Part shown: positions 14,013 to 27,527 of the stretch, in pieces
Layout: the number at the start of each line of letters is the position of its first letter
Position numbering within the stretch: the stretch's first letter is position 1
Source: Octopus vulgaris
Taxonomy: Eukaryota
Assembly (NCBI GenBank): GCA_951406725.2
Contig: OX597828.1
Span: 54,498,001 to 54,562,000, forward strand
Direction of reading: 5' to 3'
DNA length: 64,000 nt
The notes under the pieces: generated by a model
The model's database searches: none
Told to the model about the DNA's origin: nothing
The model's input: the letters and a program-made list of their open reading frames with translations, nothing else
Position numbers and translations under genes: made by a program

Positions 14013-14393
14013 CTTACTCTTTTACTCTTTTACTTGTTTCAGTCATTTGACTGTGGCCAGGCTGGAGCACTGCCTTTAGTCGAGCAAATCGACCCCAGGA
14101 CTTATTCTTTGTAAGCCTAGTACTTATTCTATCGGTCTCTTTTGTCGAACCGCTAAGTTCAGCATCGGTTGTCAAGCGATGTTGGGGGGACAAACGCAGA
14201 CACACAAACATATACACACACATATATGTATACATATATACGACGGGCTTCTTTCAGTTTCCGTCCACCAAATCCACTCACAAGGCTTTGGTCGGCCTGA
14301 GGCTATAGTAGAAGACACTTGACCAAGGTGCCACGTAGTGGGACTGAACCCGGAACCATGTGGTTCGTAATCAAGCTACATACCACACAGCCA
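14013..14393 (-). mobile_element. SINE family A
   Basis: Reverse complement of 24337-24760 with a small internal deletion; (TAAAAGAG)n tail. Confidence 0.9.
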
Positions 14394-14722
14394 AGCTTTA
14401 TTTATTTTTTTATGGATTTCTAAAACATCGGTTCTTTCTGTTGACCCAAAAGCTATTGATGTAGTGTTCGGTGTGTTTATTTTATCGTCGTCTGAGGAGA
14501 TTAAAACCAAAGCTGTTTCCCGATAGGATTTGAACTTAGAGCACAAATTGAATGCTAAATCTATATAACCGACAGAACCGAATATACTACGTTGGTAAAC
14601 ATTGTATCGAATCAAAATCTGAATTTGGGGTGGCGGTGGGTGGGACAAAGCTGTCCCCGGTTGCAATACTTAGATAACACGGAAATTAGTCGAACTCAGT
14701 AAGTTAGTGTTAGTATTAATAA

Positions 14723-14935
14723 TCCTTTCTACTAAAGGTACAAGGCCTGAAATTTTGGAGGAAGGGGCTAGTCTATTACATCGACCCCAATGTTTCACTC
14801 GGACGTAAATTCATCGACCCCAAAAGGATGAAAGGAAAAGTCGACTTTGACGGAATTTGAACCCGGAACGTAAGGACGGCGAAACGCCGCCAAGCATTTT
14901 GCCCGGCGTACTAACGATTCTGCTAGCTTGCCGTC
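14723..14935 (-). mobile_element. SINE family B
   Basis: atcgaccccaaaaggatgaaaggaaaagtcgac...ggaatttgaac. Confidence 0.82.
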
Positions 14936-14939
14936 ATAA

Positions 14940-15390
14940 TAATGCGTTAACCATTAAGATAGAAGTCATTAAAATGTCAACATGTCAATGTGTGGACCAT
15001 TAAATAACTAACATCTATGGATCAATGGATCGTTAAATATTAACACGTTTAATGACGTGCGTAATAAAAAGATTAATATTTTTAATGCGAGGATCGTAGA
15101 GAATTGATATATTCAATTGTGGATCATCTTTACACCTTTAACGAATGAGGATTTAAAAAGATTAACGTCTTTACTATAAAAACGTTAACATCTTTTATGC
15201 GTTCCATAGAAAGTTTAACATCTTTAATGAAAAAGCTTTAAAACAATGAATATCTTTAATGCATGCATGTATCATTAAAATATTTATATCTCTGAGTTAT
15301 GAATCATTAAGAAATAAACATATTAAAGACCATGAAAATTATATTTTTAATGTGTGTACCGTAGACATCTGTAATGCATGGACCATTAGG
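14940..15390. repeat. degenerate ~30-35-bp minisatellite
   Basis: Recurring TTAACATCTTTAATGCRTGGAYCATTAAAA-like units. Confidence 0.6.
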
Positions 15391-15456
15391 GACGGGACAT
15401 ATTGAGTCATTTTAATGTACTTTAAAGAGTTGACTAGAAATAATTATTCGGTGAGA

Positions 15457-15788
15457 TAGGATAGGAGCACTCCGTCGGTTACGACGACGAGGGTCCCAGC
15501 TGATACGATCAACGGAACAGCCTGCTTGTGAAATTAACGTGCAAGTGGCTGAGCACTCCACAGACACGCGTACCCTTAACGTAGTTCCCAGGGAGATTCA
15601 GCGTGACACACACTGTGACAAGGCCGGCCCTTTGAAATACAGGTACTACTCATTTTTGTCAGCTGAGTGGACTGGAGCAACATGAAATAAAGTGTCTTGC
15701 TCAAGGACACAACGCGTCGCCTGGAATCGAACTCACGACCTTACAATCGTGAGACGAATGCCCTAACCACTAAGCCACGCGCCTTCAC
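15457..15788 (-). mobile_element. tRNA-derived SINE family D (CORE-like central segment)
   Basis: A-box TGGCTTAGTGG, B-box GAGTTCGATTCC, GTGTCCTTGAGCAAGACACTT; 11-bp TSD ATTCGGTGAGA (15446-15456 / 15789-15799). Confidence 0.9.
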
Positions 15789-16253
15789 ATTCGGTGAGAA
15801 TAACAAATATCATTGATTATTACTAATTATGTTCTTCCGGCGAATGCAGGAGGCACTTCCTCGTATGTTTAGGTCTTATATTATAAATCAGCGAAAGCAC
15901 ACCATTCTAAGAAAGTGGAGAATCGCTAAATGGTTTTGAGCGACGGCAATGTAAGAACTGGTCCATGAACTGATCCTTGCGGCCGTTTGGTCTGTCTCTG
16001 AGTTCAAATCTAACTGCGGTCAACTTTGCTTTGGTAATTTCAGAGTCCATAGATATTGTACCAGTTAAATGCTGAGATCGATTTTTTTTTTATCTTTCTC
16101 AGGCAGAATTGGGTGCAGTTTGGTTAGGAGAGGAATGGTCCCTGCTAAATCTAAAAGATGCCCCAGACACGCCGCCGGATTTCACGACGGCGCCCTACGC
16201 CTCGGCCTATGAGTTGGGGGCCTCAGGCAGAGAATACGTATTTATCTATGTAT

Positions 16254-16319
<66 letters not shown>

Positions 16320-16916
16320 CTGCTGGTATGAGGAAAAGATGAAGGGCTGAGTGTTATTTGAATTTAGACGGCCATTAAAAAGGAATAAAAAGAAGAGTGT
16401 TTTGTGAAAAGTAGGAAACACGAACGAAAAGCAAAAAAAGCGGTCGGGTGGAATTAATTTCTTAAGTGTTTGCGGAGTGGAAGGTGGAGTCGTCATTTAT
16501 ACAGATCTGAAGGGGCCTTTTCTCTCCTCTACTTACGTGTTTGTTTGTTTGTTTAGTTAGTTTTGTTTACATTATGTTTATTCATTTATTTAACGATAAC
16601 AGCCAAAAGGAGGAGGAGGAGGAGGAGGAGGAGGAGGAGGAAAAAAGTACCCGGGAACTAGGAACAGGGTGGCACTTGTGTAAAGAGAAAGAAAATCTAG
16701 CACCAGGATGTTTGTCTTGTACAAATAGATTGTGTGTATGTGTAACATGATATATTGCTTCTCTCTCTTCCTCTCTCTCTCTCTCTCTCTCCCTGTCTTT
16801 CTCTCTTCCTCTCTGCCTGCTTGTCTGGCGATTTATCCCGCCCTCTCTTTTTGCTATATGTAACATAGGTTAACGCGATTGTACGCCAGTGCATGTATAT
16901 GCATACATAAGTACAC

Positions 16917-16955
<39 letters not shown>

Positions 16956-16956
16956 T

Positions 16957-16988
<32 letters not shown>

Positions 16989-17130
16989 GCATACAAAGTA
17001 ACAGACCAAGAAAAAGAATTCCTTCAAAGCGGTCTGTAAAACATCCAATTCACTGGTACGTCAGTTGAATACCACATAAATATGGGTATAATTCAGGATT
17101 TATTCCATCTCAATCACAAAATACTCTGAA

Positions 17131-17846
17131 CAGTTTACTCTGAACATTTTTGACAAAATTTCGTACTTTACAAGTTATTTCGTGTTAAAGTTGTCGTATT
17201 TGGGTAATTTCAACCAATCAACGACGTGTATTCGGCTGAAGAAAGCTTCAGTTGTTTGCGATAGTAATCGAAGAGGAACAACTTCCGGGTCATCTCTATT
17301 AACTGTCACCACGAGTCCGCGGCTAGCTTTTTTGTTGTTGACGTATATATAGTTTCGAAATGCCTTATTTTACAACTATGAGATGTATGGTTATTGTCAT
17401 GATTTTATCTTACTATAATCAACAACAAACACATTTCGTCAATATAAGAGTCTTTATTAGATAAAAAAAACTACATTATCAAAACATGGAAGTAAAACAA
17501 AACAAATAGCGGCTTATACACCGGCAAATACGGTAATTGTAGTGGCAGTGACAAGTTCGCTCACTGTTTGCTAGTTGATTGTGTAGAAGGAATGCACGGT
17601 GCTGACTAGAAAGGAAGAAAGGAAAAAGGTAGCATCGTCTTCGCACAACATACGAATAGAACAGAGTAGTGACACTTCGTAGAGATAACCTGTAAGTTCT
17701 TCCTCTTCGATTACTATCGTAAACAGCAGTAGCTTTCTTCAACCGAATACACGTTGTTGATTGGTTGAAATTAGCCAAATACGACAAGTTCAACATAAAA
17801 TAACTTCTAAAATACAAAATTGGTCAAAAACGTTCAGAGTAAACTG
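17131..17846. mobile_element. non-autonomous DNA transposon with ~170-bp imperfect TIRs
   Basis: CAGTTTACTCTGAAC... at 17131 and ...GTTCAGAGTAAACTG at 17846; inverted similarity runs to ~17300 / ~17680. Confidence 0.85.
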
Positions 17847-18244
17847 TACTCTACGTGGACAATCCAATAATTATTGGATTGTCAATTGTATGTATATATT
17901 TAGTTTATTGTTCGTCCCCTCATATCGTCTGGTTTAGCAGCCCTCTCTATTAGGTTCCCTGTCCCGTTTTTCTTACCAACTTTGACCCTCTGCAAAATCC
18001 CAAATTTTATTTAGGTTTGCGGGAGCAACTGTTTCCTCGAAGGCACATATTGTCGTGAATTGCTCGAAAGGTGGAGTAGAAAAAACAGCCGACAACTGAT
18101 GAAGGGTCGTTCTTTATGTTACTTGTCCTGTTTTCCATTTGTTTCTCTCGTTGTGCGCCCAAAAATGCATGTCTTCGTATTTCGTGTTGCTTTTCGTATT
18201 TCGGATTCCATGTTGTTTGTTTTGTGACGTTCTGTTCCCATATA

Positions 18245-18290
<46 letters not shown>

Positions 18291-18394
18291 GTCATTATGT
18301 ACATATATATATATATATATATATGACTGTATATATTTTTTATTTATATTATTAATTGATTGAACGCCACGCATCCATTTCCAAGTAAGTTTAT

Positions 18395-18450
<56 letters not shown>

Positions 18451-18608
18451 TATTCAGTATATGTGTGTGTATGTATGTATAATAGGAATGCATGTATGTA
18501 TAATAGCGATGCATATACACACACACTCTCTCTCTCTCTCTCATACACAGACGTACGCACACATACACACATATACATGTATGTATAAGTATGCATCTAT
18601 AGAGAAAT

Positions 18609-18678
<70 letters not shown>

Positions 18679-19168
18679 GAGAGAGTGGCAGAGAGAGAGA
18701 GAGAGAAAGGAGGAGAGAGAGAGAAAGGAGGAGAGAGAGGAAGAGAGAGGGTGAGGTAGGGAACGAGATTTAACTAAGCGTGTGCTGTGAAGGCGTGTGT
18801 AAGATGCTGAGAGGAAAAGCGATGGATGGCAAAAAATAACAGAACTTCTCTGAGTAACAGGAAAAGTAATAGAGTTTGGACTTATAGCAGAACGGAGCCA
18901 CTTGAGAAGTGTTGACGATGGACATTTTCATCGACAACCCAACCCGTCTTATCCAGTCTCTCCTCTCAGTTTTCTTCTTCTCTCTTATCAGCAGTAACAG
19001 TTACCGTCTGTCCCAATTTACAACAGTCTCTACAGCCTCATACACACACACACACACTCTCTCTCTCTCAGACACACCCTCCCTCCTTACGCTCTCTCCC
19101 ACTCTTCCACACAGAGATGTTTTACGTATTGAGCCGGAAATAACAAATGTTATGACCATTCCCATTTG

Positions 19169-19244
<76 letters not shown>

Positions 19245-19246
<2 letters not shown>

Positions 19247-19258
19247 TTGGGGAGACAA

Positions 19259-19295
<37 letters not shown>

Positions 19296-19480
19296 CGACG
19301 GGCCTCTTTCAGTTTCCGTCTACCAAATCCACTCACAAGGCTTTGGTTGACCCGAGGCTATAGTAGAAGACCTTTGTCCAAGGTGCCACGCAGTGGGACT
19401 GAACCCGAAACCATGTCGCTGGTAAGCAAGCTACTTACCAGCTACTTACCAGCTACTTACCACACAGCCCCTCCTGCGCC
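19245..19480 (-). mobile_element. SINE family A (partial) with internal (GCTACTTACCA)x3
   Basis: Matches the family A head; 11-bp triplication at 19430-19462. Confidence 0.85.
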
Positions 19481-20177
19481 TATCTGAACTCAGAACGTAA
19501 AGAGTTGTAGCTAAATGCCGCTTGGTATTTTGTTCGATGCCCTAACGATTCTACAATACTAGTCCGGTAAATCTAAACAGCTGCATTAACTTGGTGAAAA
19601 ACACATCGATCCCACCCGAAAGTTTCCCCATTCCCCCATTCGACAGATTTTCCCTTCATCTCGCCCCACCACTGGACAATTCCCCTATCTCCAAACAGCT
19701 GTCAGCTCAATGTATATTTCTGTTTCTTTGACTTCACCAAGCTCGCCCACCCCACCTCAGTTCTCAAAGGGTTAATATAGTCGAATGTTACCTCTCCTAA
19801 AATTCGAAGCCTTGTGACCATGTTTAAAACATAATCTATATTGATGGATCGATTATTTTGTGTAAGCGGAGGAAGGGGTCACAATTACGCTTATTGTTGT
19901 GGTCACATAATAGTTTTATTTTTAGGGAGTCGGTGGAAAGTAACGATTGATATTCAAAATTATGTGTGAAGGAGAGGGGAACGGGGACTTAATGAGAGTC
20001 AATGTACAATGAAATATGACGTCACGAAATCACATGATCTGTAGCGTGGTGAGTGGGCAGAATGTTATTTTCTTTGAGGAAAAACACCATAAAACTGAGG
20101 TTTCATGCGAAAATGGACGAAGGAAAATAAGCACAAAGCGATCGAGTTTACAAATTGTCATCCTAAAAGTAAGATAT

Positions 20178-20210
<33 letters not shown>

Positions 20211-20285
20211 TATATGTTACACACGCACGTATACATGTATGTATGTATGTTTGCATGTATGTGCATGCATATATACATGCAAACA

Positions 20286-20333
<48 letters not shown>

Positions 20334-21603
20334 TACATAGATACATACATTCATACATACATACATACATACATACATTCATACATACATACATATATAC
20401 ATACATATATACATACATATAAAACACTGTGACGTCGTTATGATGTAAGTTCAATTTATGGCAGTGATCACGATCAAAGAGTTTGACAGGAAAAGCAAAA
20501 AAAAAAGAAAAAAGAAAAAGAAAAAGGAAAAGAAAAACGCGCGACAGCAAAATATAAATGAAATGCGTTTATGTATGTCTTTATTTCCTATTCAATAGTC
20601 GTCATGTAGAATAGAAATTTTTCTTTTTTTTTCTAATCTTTGATTCTTATTTTGTTTTATCGTGTTTTGAAACGAAAGCAAAGCGTTTACCAAAATATTT
20701 TCATTTCCCCCGCCCCTTTCTCTTTTGTTAATTCATTTATTTACCATTTAAGGTGATTATAAAACATTTTAAGAAACAAACTATATAAATCAAAAAAATA
20801 AGTATTCATATCTACTTTATATATATATAAAAAAAAAACGAATATTATGGGTAAACTTCATAAAAAATCGTTATTTTTATGCTTTTAAGATGGCGCATGT
20901 TCAAATGGTTACCTGTCAATATAATGGTTTCTGATATATACACAAGGTCAAACATTTCTGGGTGTGGGGCTAGTATGGGACGTAATCGATAAAAATGATA
21001 CCTGTACTTATTTCATCGAGTGATATCGATTGATAGAAGAGAGTATTTGTATTTTACGCCACTGATAACAAAATGAGGCTGAAATAAGTGACAGCCCAGT
21101 AAACGGCGTTGACTGACTTATAAAAGTAAGTGATTATATTGATAATATCGATTTCTTATATAGGTTGACGGCCTCAGAAATTGGGGAAGGGGAAGCAGCA
21201 ATTGTTTTTACCAATCTCATTACTTGAAAACCTGCTTCGTGTTTACCGGCTGAAAAGGTCAGAGTTTATCCTGATATTCCCAGCATTTAAGCTCCCCATC
21301 ACCTCAACAGGACGCCAGTACGCCACAGGGTAAACCACCAAGTGACACTTGCCTGAATATATTGGAAATGAAGTGCCTTGCTTAATGACTGAAATTGGAA
21401 CGCACAAGACCCCGGTCCGGTGATCGAACCCACAACTTTCCGATTGTGAATCCATTATCTTAACCACTATGCCACGGGTTTTTATTGATGCTTTATTTTA
21501 TCGAACCCGTTAGGTGGAATTTAAAACCAGAACGTAGAAAGATACATCTAAGTACCGCAAGAATTTCGCCCGGTATTTATCCGGTCCTGCCAATACATTC
21601 GTC

Positions 21604-21675
<72 letters not shown>

Positions 21676-21677
<2 letters not shown>

Positions 21678-21994
21678 GGCGAAAGGGGCTGATTGCTACC
21701 TAACTCAGATACCAGGAAACCCCAAAATGGCAGAAATTCAAAAGATAGTGCTCATGGGAACTGCTCATATCCTACGCAAAATACTCTCTATGTAATCTCA
21801 AGGTTTAAAACAAACTTTTTTGTTTTTAATTTATTTATTAGACATTCACTAGTACAACACCAAAAAAAAACCCCCCAAAATATATGGCACACTAGGCATA
21901 ACAACAACGTGAACTTCCAGCCTGTTGTCTCTTGAGGTCTCTGGGTGAGACTTGGAGCCAACTTGTACAAATATAAAGCAAAAGTCAAACATAG
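21676..21994 (+). mobile_element. 3' terminal fragment of an R4/Dong-type LINE in (AAT)n
   Basis: Encodes KGADCYLTQIPGNPKMAEIQKIVLMGTAHILRKILSM*, homologous to the C-terminus of the 27526-29574 element; 3'UTR ends in AATAAT. Confidence 0.85.
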
Positions 21995-22009
21995 AATAAT
22001 AATAATAAA

Positions 22010-22345
22010 TGTCCCCATGCAGTATTAGGCAGTGGCTCTCGCGGCTTCTGATCTTAACTGATTGGAAGTGTTATCATGTGCATTGTTTTGTCTTGGTATA
22101 AAAGATGGGCTACAGCAAATATTCTGCTCAATGCCACAGATTTGCTTGTCAGCTGTTTGACGTTAACCAGTTGAACGTGTCCCTTAGTGGCTGACGATAT
22201 GTGCATCTCTGATCGCAAGCAGAAATAGTAGGGGAGCATCATAGTCATGTGTTGAGAGGGATTCTTTGGAGTTTGAATAATTCACCTCTGGAAACATGGG
22301 TGTTTCGTTCAACTTCCTTAAACAACCCTTATTCAGGGACCTTTT
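22010..22345 (+). mobile_element. AAT-associated non-coding element (copy 2, longer left end, right-truncated)
   Basis: High similarity to 1856-2150. Confidence 0.8.
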
Positions 22346-22552
22346 GATTGGTGATTGGCGCTTTTCTACAGCATTAGAGCGTTAACTACAGCATTAGAAC
22401 TTTTTAGCTCTTATTTCTAGCAGTGTAGGTCTAACACCCTAGTCGCATTTAGTGACACTTGTATGTATATATATATATATATATATATAATTTTTTTCCG
22501 TAATGAGATGAAAAAACCAAGACTGTGTAGATTTTAGAACATTTATAAATAG

Positions 22553-22600
22553 GTCTTACAGCTGTTTCTAGGATATTTATTATATCCCTTCATCGGAGAC
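22553..22600 (-). ncRNA. minimal hammerhead ribozyme motif in a pLTR-like segment (~22490-22810)
   Basis: Minus strand GTCT-CCGATGA-A-GGGATAT.AATAA.ATATCCTA-GAAA-CAGCTG-TA-AGAC; stem I GTCT/AGAC, palindromic stem III, U4C core variant. Confidence 0.6.
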
Positions 22601-22844
22601 GGTGTGAGAAGATGGTTAAGCAATAGTTAATTTAAATAAGATACGAAATAGAGAGTGAGGTGGAGGAACGAAAATAGATGTGAGATATGCAGAGATATTG
22701 TATCTGTTGCTTCATTATGTAGGCAGAATGGTATACATACAAGATTCCAATACCTTATGAGTAAAATCCAATAATATTTCAAATTGGTCATTCCAAGTAT
22801 AGAGTTTATACACAGTGTTATTGAATCGAGTGGTTTATTTAAAG

Positions 22845-22877
<33 letters not shown>

Positions 22878-22932
22878 ACGTATGTATGTATGTATGTATG
22901 TATGTATGTATGTATGTATGTATGTATGTATG

Positions 22933-22964
<32 letters not shown>

Positions 22965-23249
22965 GTTTATATGTATGCATCACTTTTTCTCTCATCGCTC
23001 TCTCTAATCATGTGTATGTGTTTGTGTGTGTGTGTGTGTGTGTGTATTTGTGTGTGTGTATGTGTGTGTGTGTATGTGTATGTGTGTGTAAAAATATATA
23101 TCAGTTAAATATAACAAACAAGTCTGGCTGCAGGCTGAACTTCGGTAAAGATATTTAAGACTACATCACCTGCTACCAAACAGGATGATGCTAAATGTTG
23201 AATGACAAAAGTGAGAAATGTTGACCTAAATCGAAAGATTAGTAAATTA

Positions 23250-24048
23250 GTGTGTCTATCTATATTCATCTTACATCGCTTTTAAAATTCACCCATGGCT
23301 TGATCCTGTACCCTCCGTTCCCTACAAAAATCACGCTCGCATCACATCATAGCTCTAAGACAAATCTATTTCACCTCAACTGGCACTGCTGTTGCTGTTG
23401 AGCGTAGCGATCTTCATCCTAGTGGGAGAAGTCCGAAACATGGCCCTTTGCTATTCGTAAGACCCGCAGAAGAGAAAGCAGGTAAACCCCCGACACCGAG
23501 AGTATCGACAGATGGATGAATGCGCATCCAGGGCTCAGCGGTTGCGTAGGAAGTCGGGGAGAAGAAACAGGAATAATGAGTGAGAGAAAGTTGGATTGAA
23601 AGAGTACAACAGGGGTCGCCACCACCCCCTGCCGGAGCCTCGTGGAGCTTTAGGTGTCTTCACTCAATAAACACACACAACGCCCGGTCTGGGAATCGAA
23701 ACCGTGATCCTCCGACCACGAGTCCGTTGCCCTAACCATTGGGCCATTGTGCCTCCTGGCACTGCTGTCTTTAATATCCTGCCAAGATACATAAGAGAAG
23801 AAAAAGATCTCAGAACATTCAGACGGTTCCTGGACGAATATCTCCAACAAACTCCAGATAAACCACTTACACCTAGGTATATCTCTGCAAACGATAACTC
23901 TCTACTCGATGGGGCTATGGTGTACAAAGAAGGACTGCAATATGGAACATCATTAAATATCTTTTCTAGTTGGAGCCATTAAGTTAGTCATGGCTTGGAT
24001 CACTTCTGGCCGAAACTTTTCTAAATATTCTAATTATTCTAAGTATTA
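23250..24048 (+). mobile_element. CR1-like LINE 3' remnant interrupted by a SINE
   Basis: YFTSTGTAV|FNILPRYIREEKDLRTFRRFLDEYLQQTPDKP resembles the CR1-group ORF2 C-terminus; (ATTCTAAnT)n tail at ~24018-24048. Confidence 0.6.
23393..23756 (-). mobile_element. SINE family C, tail type 1
   Basis: Reverse complement of 7633-8000; 12-bp TSD TGGCACTGCTGT (23381-23392 / 23757-23768). Confidence 0.9.
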
Positions 24049-24336
24049 CGAATTATACTAGTCCTAGAAACATTCTATCCACCTGGAATATATTTTGTAC
24101 ATATAAATTGTCACACATGCATATCGAAATTTCCCAGTAGTGCAAACTGGCTTCTTCCGTTTACTGGTTTTCATATTTCTTTGGCTCTGTTTCATTTGTC
24201 CTTAAGACAGTTTTGAGGATTTTGTGCTAGACGGAAAAAAAAAAAAAAACGTGTATACAATATTAGAAAGGGAAGGGTTGTAAAGCTCCAATTCTTAAAT
24301 GGACTATTAGTCCAAAAATTAGTAAAACTCAAGTAA

Positions 24337-24762
24337 GGCGCAGGAGTGGCTGTGTGGTAAGTAGCTTGCTAACCAACCACATGGTTCCGGGTTCAGTCCC
24401 ACTGCGTGGCATCTTGGGCAAGTGTCTTCTGCTATAGCCCCGGGCCGACCAATGCCTTGTGAGTGGATTTGGTAGACGGAAACTGAAAGAAGCCTGTCGT
24501 ATATATGTATATATTTATATATATATGTGTGTGTGTGTGTATGTGTTTGTGTGTCTGTGTTTGTCCCCCTAGCATTGCTTGACAACCGATGCTGGTGTGT
24601 TTACGTCCCCGTCACTTAGCGGTTCGGCAAAAGAGGCCGATAGAATAAGTACTGGGCTTACAAAGAATAAGTCCCGGGGTCGATTTGCTCGACTAAAGGC
24701 GGTGCTCCAGCATGGCCGCAGTCAAATGACTGAAACAAGTAAAAGAGAGAAAAAGAGTAAGA
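24337..24762 (+). mobile_element. tRNA-derived SINE family A, full length
   Basis: A-box TGGCTGTGTGG, B-box GGTTCAGTCCC, CORE-like CTTGGGCAAGTGTCTT, internal (TA)n(TG)n, AAAAGAG tail. Confidence 0.9.
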
Positions 24763-25184
24763 GGTTCATTACCTCGTTTTGTCTTTTTCTGTGGAAAAAA
24801 AGAAGAGAATAATGTTTGAGAGAAGCAGAAAATCGTCGGCCGTTTTTTGTCTTTTCCCATTAATATCATCCTTATCATCATTCACCTCATCAATGTCTTT
24901 GTCTAGTTCGCAAGCTACTCCGTCTCATGCCTTTATGACAAAATTTTAAAAATAAAGTAGCTTTCTATTCTGAGAGGAAAGCGTGGAGAGGTTGGTTAAG
25001 CATCTATCGAGGACAGCCCTGTCTTTCTTTATATAAAAATATTAAATTGTACTTTAAACAATGAATAAATACTCAACGAAAGCAACATCAAAACAGAGTA
25101 CCTTAAGCGGGCCCACTCGTGGTAATTATACCTGGAACCATGTGGTTGGAAAGCTAGTTTCTTACCACACAGCCACTCCTTCGC

Positions 25185-25224
<40 letters not shown>

Positions 25225-25534
25225 TAATTTCAAATTTTGGCACAAGGCTAGCAGTTTGGGATGAGGGAGTAAGTCGACGACATCGATTCCAGAGCTCACC
25301 TGGTACTTATGTTATCGACCCCGAAAGGATAAGATCTAAATCCTCCGAGAATATTCTTGCCCTGGGAAAGGCTTTAGAAAACTACAAACTAACCAGATTG
25401 ATCCCGTTATTTATATATTTGTCTATTTATTTATTCATTCATTTATTATCTTGGCAGGGGAGGTAATCAATTTGCATTCTTTTCAACATGAAAATAAAAT
25501 TGAAGGCTTTTGAAAAGGGTCAACCTTTCATTAC

Positions 25535-25574
<40 letters not shown>

Positions 25575-25587
25575 CTCCTCTCTCTCT

Positions 25588-25803
25588 CTTTTACTCTTTT
25601 ACTTGTTTCAGTCATTTGACTGTGGCCAGGCTGGAGCACCACCTTTAGTCGGGCAAATCGACCCCAGGACTTATTCTTTGGAAGCCTAGTACTTATTCTA
25701 TCGGTCGCTTTTGCCGAACCGCTAAGTTACGGGGACATAAACACGCCAGCATCGGTTGTCAAGTGATGTTAGGGGGACAAACACAGACGCACAAGCTTAT
25801 ACA

Positions 25804-25863
<60 letters not shown>

Positions 25864-26034
25864 CATATATACGACGGGCTTCTTTCAGTTTCCGTCTACC
25901 AAATCCACTCACAAGATTTTGGTCAGCCCGAGGCTATTGTAGAAGACACTTGCCCAAGGTGCCACGCAGTGGGAATGAACCCGGAACCATGTGGTTTGTA
26001 AGCAAGCTACTTACCACACAGCCACTCTTACGCC
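25588..26034 (-). mobile_element. SINE family A, full length
   Basis: Reverse complement of 24337-24762. Confidence 0.9.
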
Positions 26035-26124
26035 TATATATACATATATCGCCATGTTGAATCGCTAGCTTCTGCACGCATTTTTTTTCTCTCCTTGTTT
26101 CTCTCCGTGTTTCTTTTCTGTGTA

Positions 26125-26162
26125 TCTTTCTGTCGAAGAGCGTAGGCTCGAAACGTAAAAGA
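26125..26162 (+). ncRNA. hammerhead-like motif (A6>T) in a pLTR-like segment 26045-26260
   Basis: TCTTT-CTGTCGA-A-GAGC.GTAG.GCTC-GAAA-CG-TA-AAAGA; all stems intact, one core substitution; segment ends at (TA)n. Confidence 0.55.
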
Positions 26163-26260
26163 CTTGTTTTATTTATATTCCTGAGCGCCATACTAATACA
26201 ATTGTTTGTTTGTACTCTACCTGCCTTCGTCTTTTGTTTATTTCCATAAAGCTTCCCGTT

Positions 26261-26348
<88 letters not shown>

Positions 26349-26777
26349 CGTGTGTGTGTGTGTGTGTGTGCGCGTGTGTGTGTGTACTCAAACCTTACAT
26401 ATTATTTGCAAATGAACCTGACTTGTAAATACCTAGATTAAGCACCAGAGATCGACTGGAAGTATTATGTACAAAATACGGCTCTATATATATTATAGTA
26501 TACAGAAAATAGGAGTGTATATCATAAGCATATAAAAAAAAAACCGGGATGTATATTATATTATAGATCAATATTGCGGGTTACTTTATATTGTATTATA
26601 TACACTGCACTATCATTTAGTAGATTGACCTCATAAACCGTGAGAGACTATAAATTAGCTTTGAGAGTGACGAAGATCCTTACCACGCCCCACTAAACAC
26701 TTAGCCTCTTAATTCATCCCCTCCACACACATACATACACCCAGAACCAGACCGCACCACGCACACACAAATACACA

Positions 26778-26834
<57 letters not shown>

Positions 26835-27440
26835 TTATATGTTTTTGTTTTAGGAAATATAATATTTTTCTGTTTCTCTGTATTCAATTGCAGCCGGTAC
26901 AAACCATCTCTAGGGACCAACCAATCCTTGCGGACGTCTATCCTTATTTATAACTTCCATATCTACATAGGGATGACAAGCGAACCTCGTAAAAAATTTC
27001 GACGATGAGGAAAAAGCCCTTGTCCTCCTCCTGTTATTTTTTCTTTTTAGGTTAAAGACTAATCTGATAGGGGTATGACGATGCGTGAGGCAGCGGCGGC
27101 GGCGGCGGTGGTAATCCAAGATAGACATCAAAGGTATAAGACACTGGATATGTCATAAATATACATAAACGGTATTTTTAGTCAACTGGGGTAAGCCCCA
27201 GCTTGTAAATCTCGTCTCTATTATAATGCGCCTTTCAACCTGATAGGCGTCGCATGTAAGCGACAGAAATTTGAACAGGTATGTGTTTGAGAGGAGGATG
27301 GGTTGAGGGTGTATGCATGCTTTTACACATACTCTGAGGCAGTTTATGAATCACGTACACAGACACAGCAATAGAGACACAACACATATACACGCACATA
27401 TGCAAAGCGTACACGCGTCCATATATATGTCTTCAACATG

Positions 27441-27525
<85 letters not shown>

Positions 27526-27527
<2 letters not shown>

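Noticed and set aside
20017-20024. CRE site TGACGTCA; also YY1-like AAGATGGCG at ~20888 and ~51063
   Set aside because: Short motifs are expected by chance in 64 kb, and no linked gene is visible.
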